A stretch of DNA of 64,000 bases from Alphaproteobacteria bacterium (lineage in GTDB: Bacteria; Pseudomonadota; Alphaproteobacteria; CALKHQ01): positions 1,152,001 through 1,216,000 of the forward strand of contig CBDDFZ010000002.1 in assembly GCA_965227515.1 (NCBI GenBank). The letters run 5' to 3'. Below the pieces are notes generated by a model that was given only the letters and a program-made list of their open reading frames with translations, was not told the origin of the DNA and made no database searches. Below are positions 42,201 through 51,087 of the stretch, one piece after another; the first letter of the stretch is position 1, and each line of letters opens with the position of its first letter. The position numbers were made by a program, and so were the translations under genes.

Positions 42201-43010
42201 TCAGTCCAACGGACCGTCGCGCAGGGCCGACAGCGGCATGGCGTCGATATCCTGCAAGAGCGATACCAGCCCCGCCGCCGCGCCATCGACCAGCGCCTTG
42301 CCGCGTTCGACATCGGCATCGGTGGCGTCGCCGGCCGCACCTGCCGGATGCAGGTCCTGGGTCTGCCAGCCGAACGCGACCTTGCCGTGCGGGCGCAGGT
42401 GCTTGTACCGCGCCACCATGTCCAGGGTGGTTGGCCGGAAGTCCTCGGCCTTGTCCATCTGCACCAGGTCCGGCCGCAGGTGCAGCATCATCGATGTCTC
42501 GATGCCGCCGCCGTGGATGCCATAGGCGATCTCCTCGGCGTCGAACCAGGGCGAGGGGTCGACCAGGTGGTACCAGTTCGCCAGCACGGCCAGCATCTTG
42601 CGGCGGACCCGCAGGTCGCGGGCGACGATGTCGACAATCTGCGGCTGGCCTCCATGGCTGTTGAACAGCACAATCTTGCGCACGCCGGCATTGGCGACGC
42701 AGTCGCCGATTTCCGTCCACAGCCGGATCAGAGTCTCCGCCGACAGCGACAGGGTGCCCGGGAAAGCCAAGTGCTCGTTCGACTTGCCCACCGGCATGGC
42801 GGGCAGGATGACCGCCGGCAGCTCGTCCGGCATCATCTCCACCGCGCGCTCGACGATGCCCTGGTTGATGCAGGCGTCGACGTAGACCGGCAGATGCGGG
42901 CCATGCTGCTCGATCGCGCCGACCGGCAGCACGGCGATCACGCGCTCGGCGTCCAACTGGCCGAACTCGGCGGTGGTCATGTCGTGCCAATAGCGGCGTG
43001 GTGCAGTCAT
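42201..43010 (-). CDS. Creatininase family amidohydrolase
   Basis: PVGAIEQHGPHLP..D, GKSNEH..FPGTL, NSHGG, HGG.IETS. Confidence 0.92.
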   Translation of the reverse strand: MTAPRRYWHDMTTAEFGQLDAERVIAVLPVGAIEQHGPHLPVYVDACINQGIVERAVEMMPDELPAVILPAMPVGKSNEHLAFPGTLSLSAETLIRLWTEIGDCVANAGVRKIVLFNSHGGQPQIVDIVARDLRVRRKMLAVLANWYHLVDPSPWFDAEEIAYGIHGGGIETSMMLHLRPDLVQMDKAEDFRPTTLDMVARYKHLRPHGKVAFGWQTQDLHPAGAAGDATDADVERGKALVDGAAAGLVSLLQDIDAMPLSALRDGPLD

Positions 43011-43059
43011 GATGCCTCAGGAACGACGCGATGTAGTTGGTTGATCCGGCCCAGTGTGG

Positions 43060-43278
43060 TCACTCGGCCGCGTCGGCAGGGTGGTGAAACCGTGCTGGAG
43101 GTACCGGCATGCCCCGTTCCTTGGCCACCTCGAGCCACGCCTCGATCATCTGACGCAACTCCGCCACCGCGCCTTCTGGGGTTTCCCCATGGGCCGCGCA
43201 CGGCTTCAGGTCCGGCGCCTCGGCAATCCATATGGCGTCGTCTTCGGACCAGTAGACCACGATTGCGTATTCGGTCAT
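43060..43278 (-). CDS. hicB: HicB family antitoxin (short form)
   Basis: WSEDD..WIAE.PDL..C.AHGET.E.A...IEAWL. Confidence 0.85.
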   Translation of the reverse strand: MTEYAIVVYWSEDDAIWIAEAPDLKPCAAHGETPEGAVAELRQMIEAWLEVAKERGMPVPPARFHHPADAAE

Positions 43279-43538
43279 CGGCTCACATCTAGGGTCAAGT
43301 CGTGGTTCCTGATCATATCGCGAAGTTGGCGCACTTGGTACCGCTTGGCGTCCGTGCCATCTGCTTGAACCGGAAAGGGCCGGTCAAGGTGCGGATGGAC
43401 ATAGATTCGGTGGCTGCCCGATTGACGGACAAACTCGAAGCCCAATGATGTCAACAGGACTTCGAGATCGCGAAATCGCACTATCTCGCCGCGGAGAACT
43501 GCATCGTAGATGCGGGAAAGCTTCGAACGCCGGACCAT
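43275..43538 (-). CDS. hicA: HicA family toxin
   Basis: LL..LGF...RQSGSHRIY.HP, AK.YQVRQ; overlaps hicB start. Confidence 0.85.
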   Translation of the reverse strand: MVRRSKLSRIYDAVLRGEIVRFRDLEVLLTSLGFEFVRQSGSHRIYVHPHLDRPFPVQADGTDAKRYQVRQLRDMIRNHDLTLDVSR

Positions 43539-43668
43539 CGGTGGCTCTCAGGCTCCCCATCTCGCGGATGTCGTAACAGGCGCGTGTCCGATATAACGTC
43601 TGGAATGACGCGCGACCATCCCCGCCGGCTGCCACCGGCTGTTATCGTGACCTTGTGATCCCTCAGCG

Positions 43669-44406
43669 ATGATCCTGCTGTTCACCGACTTCGGCTACCA
43701 GGGCTTCTACGTCGGCCAGGTGAAGGCCGTGCTCGCCGAACAGGCGCCCAACACCAAAGTCGTCGACCTGATGCACGACGCCACCGCGTTCGACCCGTGC
43801 GGCGCGGCCTATCTGTTGGCGGCGCTGACCCAGGCGGCACCGGTGGGCACCATCATACTGGCGGTGGTCGACCCCGGCGTCGGCGGCGACCGGCGTCCGC
43901 TGGTAGTCCGTGCGGACGAGCGGCTGTTCATCGGGCCGGACAATGGCCTGTTCGAGCTGGTGATGCGCCGGGCCGAGGCGGTGGAATGCCACCAGATCAA
44001 CTGGCGGCCGGAAACGCTGTCGCCGAGCTTCCACGGCCGCGACCTGTTCGCCCCGGTGGCCGGCGCACTGGCGCGGGGTGCGACATATGGCGGGTCGAGC
44101 ATTCCGGTCGAGGCGGCGCGGCGCGCGCACTGGCCGGACGACCTGGCCGAGATCATCCACATCGACGGGTTCGGCAACCTGATCACCGGGGTGCGCGCGG
44201 CCTCTCTGCCCGACGATGCCGTGTTGCAGGTGGGCGCGCACACGGTGGTGCGGGCGCGCACCTTCTCCGACGTGCCGGAGGGCCAGGCGTTCTGGTACGA
44301 GAACTCGATCGGGCTGGCCGAGATCGCGGTCAACCAGGGCCACGCCGCCAACGACCTGGGCCTAACGCGCGGCGCGGAAATCTCAATGGGTGCGTGCGGC
44401 GGTTAG
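43669..44406 (+). CDS. SAM hydroxide adenosyltransferase (DUF62)
   Basis: TDFG, DL.H, VVDPGVG..R, GPDNG, SFHGRD.FAP, ID.FGN. Confidence 0.9.
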   Translation: MILLFTDFGYQGFYVGQVKAVLAEQAPNTKVVDLMHDATAFDPCGAAYLLAALTQAAPVGTIILAVVDPGVGGDRRPLVVRADERLFIGPDNGLFELVMRRAEAVECHQINWRPETLSPSFHGRDLFAPVAGALARGATYGGSSIPVEAARRAHWPDDLAEIIHIDGFGNLITGVRAASLPDDAVLQVGAHTVVRARTFSDVPEGQAFWYENSIGLAEIAVNQGHAANDLGLTRGAEISMGACGG

Positions 44407-45588
44407 TCCCGCCGCTCTCGGCGCCCGGCTGGCGCTTTGTTTCTCCAACGCCTCATCCAGCTTCGACTGCGGCCAGCCTTCCGCCAAGGCTTGTGTCAGC
44501 ACCTCCTGCGCGCTTTTCGGCGCAAGCCCATACAATGGCGGGTCGTTGTCCAGGTTGGTCGGAAACGGATAGCCGTCCGCGGTCGCGGCGATCACCGCGC
44601 GCCTGCCTGCCTCCGAAAGACCGGCCAGATGGGGATAGACCGCGCGCGCCATCGCGGTGCGGTCCAACGCTTCCATATGCTTGGCGAAGGCGGACGCGGT
44701 CTGCAGCAGATTGGCCATGCGCACCACGTCCTTGGTCCGGTTCTCGCCGGCGGCGTGGAACAGCGCCGGGCTGAAGAACATCGCATCGCCCTTGTTGAGC
44801 GGAAGCTGGACGAAGTGCTTTTCGAAATAGGCAGCGAATTCCGGCCGGCTCGCGGCCATGTAGCCCCACAGATAATGCTGCGAGTAGGGCAGCACCTTGG
44901 TCGGCCCGCTTTCGACCGTCATGTCGATATGCGCCACCGCGCCCTGCAGGATCAGCGCGCCGCCCATGGCATGGACGTGCGGCGGGTAGGTCGCCATCTG
45001 CTCGGGCGACATGAAGCCGAGGTGATAGTCGCGATGCGGTGCTTGCGGCTTGCCGCCGGGGCGCACCTGGTTGACCTGGGTCGCGAGCTGGTAGCCGGGG
45101 CCGAGCCAGGACCGGCAGGCAATGTCGACCACGGGATTGGCCATGTAGCGCGCATAGACGTCGGGCGCGCGCAGGCACAGCTTCTGGAGGCTGTTCCACA
45201 GCCGGTCGTTCGCGCCGGCCTTGGCGAAGTGGTCGCCCGCCGCGGTGCCCGCCGCCCGCTCCTCGGCAATCAGATCCCGGAACACGGCGCTGGCTGCATC
45301 GAGCGCCTCGAGGTCGCCGAACGCTCGCTTGACGACGAAGATGCCGGGCCCATCGGCGATGAGCGACGCCCACTCCGGCGCGATATCCTCGCTCACGTCG
45401 CCGGCGTCGTAGATCGGTATCTTCTGCTCGAGCCCAATCGCGGTCGGGCACATCTGCGCAGGTGTCTCGACCTCGACCTGACGCCGGAAGTCGTCGAGGC
45501 AAATGGCGTCCAGCGGGTTCTTCGCCTTTTCGACTGCTACAACATCCTGCACCTGACCGACCTCCCCCGGATGCGGCCGTCTTGTCAC
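44383..45588 (-). CDS. Phytanoyl-CoA dioxygenase (PhyH) family protein; start uncertain
   Basis: GDHFA..GANDR.WN, PHRDYH, ESGPT..LP.S, LFHAAG.N....R. Confidence 0.85.
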   Translation of the reverse strand: MTRRPHPGEVGQVQDVVAVEKAKNPLDAICLDDFRRQVEVETPAQMCPTAIGLEQKIPIYDAGDVSEDIAPEWASLIADGPGIFVVKRAFGDLEALDAASAVFRDLIAEERAAGTAAGDHFAKAGANDRLWNSLQKLCLRAPDVYARYMANPVVDIACRSWLGPGYQLATQVNQVRPGGKPQAPHRDYHLGFMSPEQMATYPPHVHAMGGALILQGAVAHIDMTVESGPTKVLPYSQHYLWGYMAASRPEFAAYFEKHFVQLPLNKGDAMFFSPALFHAAGENRTKDVVRMANLLQTASAFAKHMEALDRTAMARAVYPHLAGLSEAGRRAVIAATADGYPFPTNLDNDPPLYGLAPKSAQEVLTQALAEGWPQSKLDEALEKQSASRAPRAAGLTAARTH

Positions 45589-45667
45589 CGCGGATTGCGG
45601 TTGCGGCGCGCATATTGTTCGGGAGTCTATGCACCGGCACCCGCGCGGAGCAAGGCTTTGCCAGCAG

Positions 45668-46402
45668 CTAGCGCCGGGTCACAACCAGCCGGTAGCCCAG
45701 GTCCAAGGCGTCCAGGTCCGGCAGGTGCGCGTTGCGCTCGGCCCAGGCGCCCGAGGCGAGATCGGCTTCCAGCCGCGCAAGGCCCGGCGAGATGTCGCCA
45801 ATCTTCCAGAACGACGACATGGCAGCGCGTATCCTGGGGTCGAGATAGGCCGCCGGCCGCCGCCAGTAGGCGCACAGGAAGCCGTCGGCGCAGTCGTGCG
45901 GGATCGGCACCGGGGTCACGTCGACCGGCCCCAGCCATGCCGCGAAGTCGCTCATCCCGGGCATCTGGTCCTGGTCGAGGGCGACCAGCGCCGGGAAATA
46001 GTCGTAGAGCCAATAGTCCTGGAAGTCCGGGTCGTAGGTCAGGATCGCGACCGGCCCGCGCGCCACGCGGCGCATCTCCGCCAACCCCTTCGGCTTGTCG
46101 GTCCAGTGGTGGACCGTCAGGACGGCCATCGCGGCGTCGAAGGCATTGTCGGCGAAGGGCAGGTCTTCCGCCCCAGCCTGCACCGCAAGGTCCGTGCCGG
46201 CCTTGCGCTGCCCGATCATTTCGGCCGAGGGCTCGACCGACGTTACCGCCATGTCGCCAGGCTCGTACGACCCCGCACCGGCGCCGACATTGACCACGCT
46301 GGTCGCAGCACCCAGGGCGTCGCGGATCGCCTGGGCGATGCGGGGATCGGGCTTCCTGAGGTTGGCGTAGTCGACGCCGATGGTGTCGTAGGTCGCGGCC
46401 AT
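45668..46402 (-). CDS. Class I SAM-dependent methyltransferase
   Basis: YD.IG..Y...R.PDPRI, NVGAGAGSY, VEPS, LPF.D..FD, HHW. Confidence 0.9.
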   Translation of the reverse strand: MAATYDTIGVDYANLRKPDPRIAQAIRDALGAATSVVNVGAGAGSYEPGDMAVTSVEPSAEMIGQRKAGTDLAVQAGAEDLPFADNAFDAAMAVLTVHHWTDKPKGLAEMRRVARGPVAILTYDPDFQDYWLYDYFPALVALDQDQMPGMSDFAAWLGPVDVTPVPIPHDCADGFLCAYWRRPAAYLDPRIRAAMSSFWKIGDISPGLARLEADLASGAWAERNAHLPDLDALDLGYRLVVTRR

Positions 46403-46417
46403 GCGGCTACCTATCAC

Positions 46418-46462
46418 ACCGCATTCCGGCCCGCGATGCGTGCTTGCGCGCCGGAATGCGGT
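46418..46462. terminator. Stem-loop downstream of the DUF1127 gene (terminator or stabiliser)
   Basis: Perfect 13-bp inverted repeat ACCGCATTCCGGC / GCCGGAATGCGGT. Confidence 0.5.
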
Positions 46463-46473
46463 TTCGCGATGCC

Positions 46474-46698
46474 TTATCGCAGACGCCAGTCCATCGCGTC
46501 GCGGAGCTGGCTGCGATCCAGCCCGACGTCGGCCAGCAAGTGGTCCGGCATGCCCAACAGGTACCGGTAGTCGCTCAGGTGACGCCGTCGGGTCAGAAAC
46601 CGCGTCCACCACCGCGCCGGTGCGGCCTGGCTGGTCTTGCGACGGCCGCCGCTGCGGGGGTGCGGCAACGGTAACGGCAGGATCTGTGCGTATGACAT
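46474..46698 (-). CDS. DUF1127 (YjiS-like) small protein
   Basis: RRR...L..MPDHLLADVGLDR. Confidence 0.75.
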   Translation of the reverse strand: MSYAQILPLPLPHPRSGGRRKTSQAAPARWWTRFLTRRRHLSDYRYLLGMPDHLLADVGLDRSQLRDAMDWRLR

Positions 46699-46748
46699 GA
46701 CTATGAACTCCGTGAACGTGGTTCGTGGGGACGGAAGGTGTGGCGTGC

Positions 46749-47309
46749 TCAGCTATGGGCCGCCGCCAGCGAGGGCGCCGGGCGGCGCTCGATGGTCACC
46801 CGGAACAGCATCGTGAACAGGGCGGCGATGCCCAGGGTGGCGGCCCCGATGTCGGCGGTCAGCGCGATCCAGGATTCCACCAGGTAGTCGTGGACCGTCC
46901 AGAACACGCCGCCGGACAGGATCAGCAGCCGCAGTGCGAGCTGGTTGTCCTGCATGCGGCCGAACGCGATCAGCCCCATCGCCATCACGCACAGCATCGA
47001 TTCCGGTCCGTTCCAGAAATAGATGCCGGCCGCCATCATCAGCGGAATCAGGCCATAGCCGATGCGGTTGAGCGCACGGCTGCGCGGGGCGAACAGGGCC
47101 GCGACCGTTTGCACAGACCCCAGCACGTTGACCAGCGACGGCGCTGCCAGGTCGAGCAGGGCATAGTGGGTGGCAAAGCCCACGCCCGCGCCGAGCTGGG
47201 CAAGCAGGATGCCGCGCCTGGACCGGAACAGCGGCCAGGAGGTGAGGCAGACCATCGCGAAGATGCCGGCGGTCGCCGCCGCCGGATTGTCGAGAAACGA
47301 ATCCAGCAT
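46749..47309 (-). CDS. YgjV-like inner membrane protein
   Basis: Multi-TM; LL.Q....F..HY.LL, LR...L....FW..H. Confidence 0.72.
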   Translation of the reverse strand: MLDSFLDNPAAATAGIFAMVCLTSWPLFRSRRGILLAQLGAGVGFATHYALLDLAAPSLVNVLGSVQTVAALFAPRSRALNRIGYGLIPLMMAAGIYFWNGPESMLCVMAMGLIAFGRMQDNQLALRLLILSGGVFWTVHDYLVESWIALTADIGAATLGIAALFTMLFRVTIERRPAPSLAAAHS

Positions 47310-47312
47310 GAC

Positions 47313-47576
47313 TCAGTCTCCGTACCTGGAGCGCGCGTTCCAGCGGCCGTACTTGTAGGCTGCAACGACATCGCTGCGGGTCAGCCCGATGTCGTGGAGC
47401 TGGTGCTGGCTCATCGCCATCAGCCGGTCGTATTCCAACCGCCTGAGATATGCGTTGCAGGCACCGGTCAGCAGCCTGCGCGGCAACGCGATGATCCGAT
47501 GTACGAGGTTCCTGGACTGCGGCCGAGGCTCTATCTCGTCTGCCGCAAGCCATGCGTGTCTTGCTTGCGATTCCAT
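47313..47576 (-). CDS. DUF1127 (YjiS-like) small protein
   Basis: RR....L..MSQHQLHDIGLTRSD. Confidence 0.78.
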   Translation of the reverse strand: MESQARHAWLAADEIEPRPQSRNLVHRIIALPRRLLTGACNAYLRRLEYDRLMAMSQHQLHDIGLTRSDVVAAYKYGRWNARSRYGD

Positions 47577-47739
47577 GATTTTGACCTTGTGAATTCTGGT
47601 CCGGCCGGGGACGGCGGACGCAACACTGGTTGTGCCGCATGCGACAGGCATGCGGTCGACCGGGCCTCCGGCGGTGTGTTCGATAATGCGCGGTTGCGGC
47701 GTGCGGGCCCGCCATGGGTGAGGGGCCGCTACCGCCGGC

Positions 47740-48264
47740 CTATCCGGTGGCGCGCAAAGGCTCCACTGCCCTGTCGGTTGCGCGGCTTTCCGCTGGCAAG
47801 CGATGCGGGGTGTCCTGCCCGGTTGCCTGATGCAGGGCGACGGTTCGGCCCATCCGCGCCGACAGCACGGCGATAGACGCCGCCAGGCTCTGGTCGCAGT
47901 GCAGCAGATGGCGGAAGCCGAGGCCCTCCAGGAACTTGCGCACGGACTGGGCGCCGGCACATACGCGCATCTCGCGGCCGGCGGTCTTCGCCAGCTTGGC
48001 GGCCACCACCAGGCCACGGGTGCCGGCATGGGTGATGACGTCCACCCGCGACAGGTCGACGATCAGGTTGGTCTTTCCGCCGTCAACGGCGGCGACAAGG
48101 GCGTCGTAGAGGCGGCCCGCCTCATGACTGTTGACAGTGCCCGAGACCTCCAGGATCGTGATCCCGCTCATGGTGCGGGACCGCAGGTCCATCGGTTCGA
48201 ACCCAAGGGCGTCGGCGTCAATACGTGAAGGCAAACCGGCGCCGGGGGCGCTGGGCTTGGTCAT
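47740..48264 (-). CDS. STAS domain protein (anti-sigma antagonist-like); start 48264 or 48192
   Basis: ILEVSG.V...EA..L, LIVDLS.V..I...G...L, V...L...G. Confidence 0.78.
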   Translation of the reverse strand: MTKPSAPGAGLPSRIDADALGFEPMDLRSRTMSGITILEVSGTVNSHEAGRLYDALVAAVDGGKTNLIVDLSRVDVITHAGTRGLVVAAKLAKTAGREMRVCAGAQSVRKFLEGLGFRHLLHCDQSLAASIAVLSARMGRTVALHQATGQDTPHRLPAESRATDRAVEPLRATG

Positions 48265-48469
48265 TCTCCTGCTCCATCCATGTAGGTTGACGGCCTGGCC
48301 GGTCTGTCGCGCCCTTGCCCTTGCCAGATCCCCTCTGTGGATCGGGTCGTTCGGCAGAGTCGGCGTGCCGTTGCATGGGGCATGTAGGGATCGCCCGTTG
48401 TTGTCAGCGTTGTATTCAGGGTGTTAATTCTGCGGGCGCACCGTTGTTTTGCGCACCGCAGGCGTTGTT

Positions 48470-50011
48470 GTGGCTCAGACTCTCAAGGTTTCGTTCTTGG
48501 GCGAGCTGCGTGTCACGTCGCCGGACGCGGAGCTGACGCTCCCCGCATCGCGAAAGGCGCGCGCGCTGTTGGCCTTCCTGATCGCTACCGGACGGCCACA
48601 CCGCCGGGAGCGCTTGTGCGAGTTGTTCTGGAAATTGCCGGACGATCCCAAGGCCGCGCTGCGCTGGTCGCTCAGCAAGCTGCGCAAGATCGTCGATGCG
48701 CCGGATTGCCCGCGGATCATGGCGGATCGGGAGCGGGTGGCGTTCGACGCCGTCGATGTCGAAATCGACATACGCTGCATCCAACGGCGCCTGCGCCAGC
48801 GTGACGGCCATCTGCCGGTCGCCGACTTGGAAGGGATGGCGCACCAGCTGGAGCCGGTGCTGCTCGACGGGCTGGACGGTGCCGGCGACGATGCGTTCGA
48901 GACCTGGCTGATGGGCGAGCGCGAGGACGCGCACGCCGCGCGGGTCCAGGTGTTGCAGCAGCTTGCCACCCACCCCGATGTGCCGGCGGCCTCGGCCGGC
49001 AAATGGCAGCGCCTGTGGCACGAGATCGATCCTGAGGGGGCTGCGGCCGAACTGACAGCGGCAGCGCGTGCACCCGTTTCACCGCCGCGGCGCGGTCTGG
49101 GCCGCACGGCGGCGACGTCCGGCGATAGTGTCCGCCCGGCGACCAATGCCCGGGCCAACGCCTTGCGCGCACAGCGGATCGGATTCTGCGAGGTGCGCGA
49201 CGGCACCAAGATCGCTTATGCCACCGTGGGGTCGGGACCGCCGCTGTTGAAGGCGGCGAACTGGCTGAACCATCTGGAGTTCGACTGGGCCAGCCCGATC
49301 TGGGGCAGGAGCTTCGCCGCGATCGCCCGCTACCGCACCTTCGTGCGCTATGACGAGCGCGGCTGCGGCCTGTCGGACTGGGGCGTCGACGACCTGAGCT
49401 TCGACGCCTTCGTCGAGGATTTGGAGGCGGTTGCCGACAAGCTGGGGCTGGAGCGCTTCCCGCTGCTCGGCATCTCCCAGGGCTGCGCGGTGTCCATCGA
49501 ATACGCGGTGCGCCACCCGGAACGGGTCAGCGGCCTGGTGCTGGTCAGCGGCTATGCCGCCGGCTGGCGCCATCTGGCGAGCCCGGACGAGCAGGCGCGG
49601 CGCGAGGCGGTGCTGGCGCTGACCGAAGTCGGCTGGGGCACCGACAACCCGGCCTACCGCCACATCTTCTCCCAGACCTTCATGCCGGACGCGAGTGCTG
49701 CCGACCTGGCCTGGTTCGACGAGTTTCAGCGCCAGACCACCTCGCCGCACAACGCAGTCCGCTTCCAGGATGCGTTCGGCCATATCGATGTGCGCCACCG
49801 CTTGGCGGAGGTGCAGGCACCGACCATCGTGCTGCACGCCAAATACGACCAGCGCATCCCGCTCGATCTCGGCCGCGCGGTCGCCTCCGGCATCCCGAAC
49901 GCGCGTTTCGTGCCGCTGGAAAGCCGCAACCACATCCTGGTCGATCACGAGCCCGCCTGGCGCACCTGCCTGCACGCGGTCGGCGAGTTCCTGATGGAGC
50001 ACGGGATATAG
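48470..50011 (+). CDS. SARP/wHTH-BTAD-like regulator fused to an alpha/beta hydrolase domain
   Basis: N-terminal RKARALLAFL...RE.L.ELFW...ALRWSLSKLR; C-terminal DG..IAYA..G.GP, RYDERG.G.S, GISQG, HA..D, RNH. Confidence 0.85.
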   Translation: MAQTLKVSFLGELRVTSPDAELTLPASRKARALLAFLIATGRPHRRERLCELFWKLPDDPKAALRWSLSKLRKIVDAPDCPRIMADRERVAFDAVDVEIDIRCIQRRLRQRDGHLPVADLEGMAHQLEPVLLDGLDGAGDDAFETWLMGEREDAHAARVQVLQQLATHPDVPAASAGKWQRLWHEIDPEGAAAELTAAARAPVSPPRRGLGRTAATSGDSVRPATNARANALRAQRIGFCEVRDGTKIAYATVGSGPPLLKAANWLNHLEFDWASPIWGRSFAAIARYRTFVRYDERGCGLSDWGVDDLSFDAFVEDLEAVADKLGLERFPLLGISQGCAVSIEYAVRHPERVSGLVLVSGYAAGWRHLASPDEQARREAVLALTEVGWGTDNPAYRHIFSQTFMPDASAADLAWFDEFQRQTTSPHNAVRFQDAFGHIDVRHRLAEVQAPTIVLHAKYDQRIPLDLGRAVASGIPNARFVPLESRNHILVDHEPAWRTCLHAVGEFLMEHGI

Positions 50012-50057
50012 CGGGCTGGGTGCGCCGATGCTCGCGACGTAGGTGCGGTCGCCGCCG

Positions 50058-50984
50058 CTACAGCCACTCCTTCATGAACGCCAGAGCGGCGGTGCGCATC
50101 TCCGGCGGTTCCTCGTGGCCGCAGTCGAAGCGCATCAGCTTGAATGCTTCCGGTTGCCCCAGCTCGGCATAGCGCGCGGCGACGGTGGCCTCGATCTTGT
50201 CGAGGCCGGCCGGCGGCGTCAGTTCGTCATGGATGCCGGCCAGCCCCAAATGCGCGCGCGGCGCGATCAGCGCGTTGATCTGGCCGGTGTCGAACTGCCG
50301 CAACAGGCCGGGCACGATGTAGTAGAAGCCGTGCATGTCGAGCGCGCCGGTCTCGATGATGGTCGCCACATCGGTCAGGCAGCACAGGTCGACGCAGACG
50401 GTCACCCGGGTGTCGAGTGCTGCCAGCCACCAGCCCAGGGTGGAGCCCATGGAGAGGCCCAGCACGGCGACGCGCCCGCCGTCGATGTCCGGCCGCGCGA
50501 GTGCGTAGTCCAGGGCTGCGGCGTTGTCGTGCAGCATCATGCCCAGCAGCACGCGGCCTTCCATCAGCAGGCGTTTGACCAGCGCGTTCTCGCTGCCGTG
50601 GCGCGGCCGGTCGCCGAACATCCAGTTGTCGATGGCCAGCACCGCATAGCCGTGGCCGATCAGGTCGTGGGCATACGGGCTGACCAGGTGCGATCGGCCG
50701 CGGACCAGCTCGTCCTTGCCCAGGTCGTAGTCCCAGCCGTGGGCGTGGATGTAGTTGACCAGGGGGAACGGGCCGTCGCCCTCAGGCTTCAGGAAGATTG
50801 CGGAGACCGGCTCGTCATCGTTGAGGTCGAGCAACAGCCGCTCGCCCACCGCACCGTCGATTCCAGGGTCGTAGGGCTCGGCCTCCAGAACCCGCGGCGT
50901 GCGCCCCGGCGGGGGCCCGCCGACCAGGTCCCACAGGCGCTCACGCGCCATCGCGTCTTCGGCGGAATGGGGTGCGTCATTCAT
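50058..50984 (-). CDS. Alpha/beta hydrolase (dienelactone hydrolase/esterase-like)
   Basis: H.HG, GY.VLAID...G.R, GLSMG nucleophile elbow, D.L.P, GH.E. Confidence 0.85.
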   Translation of the reverse strand: MNDAPHSAEDAMARERLWDLVGGPPPGRTPRVLEAEPYDPGIDGAVGERLLLDLNDDEPVSAIFLKPEGDGPFPLVNYIHAHGWDYDLGKDELVRGRSHLVSPYAHDLIGHGYAVLAIDNWMFGDRPRHGSENALVKRLLMEGRVLLGMMLHDNAAALDYALARPDIDGGRVAVLGLSMGSTLGWWLAALDTRVTVCVDLCCLTDVATIIETGALDMHGFYYIVPGLLRQFDTGQINALIAPRAHLGLAGIHDELTPPAGLDKIEATVAARYAELGQPEAFKLMRFDCGHEEPPEMRTAALAFMKEWL

Positions 50985-51087
50985 GGTCTTGCCTTTTTTG
51001 TTGCAGTGCAAAGCACATGCTGAGAAGCTTTTGGCTGTTTCGACATTGGTGCGGAGAGGCCCGTGCCTAAGCCTGGAGGGAACCGCG

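Noticed and set aside
43669-44406. Fluorinase/chlorinase call
   Set aside because: The Asp/Arg/His pattern (VVDPGVG..R, FHGRD) indicates the DUF62 SAM hydrolase branch.
46300-47700. Cuckoo/CcsR-type sRNAs near the DUF1127 genes
   Set aside because: No repeated CCTCCTCCC loop motifs found.
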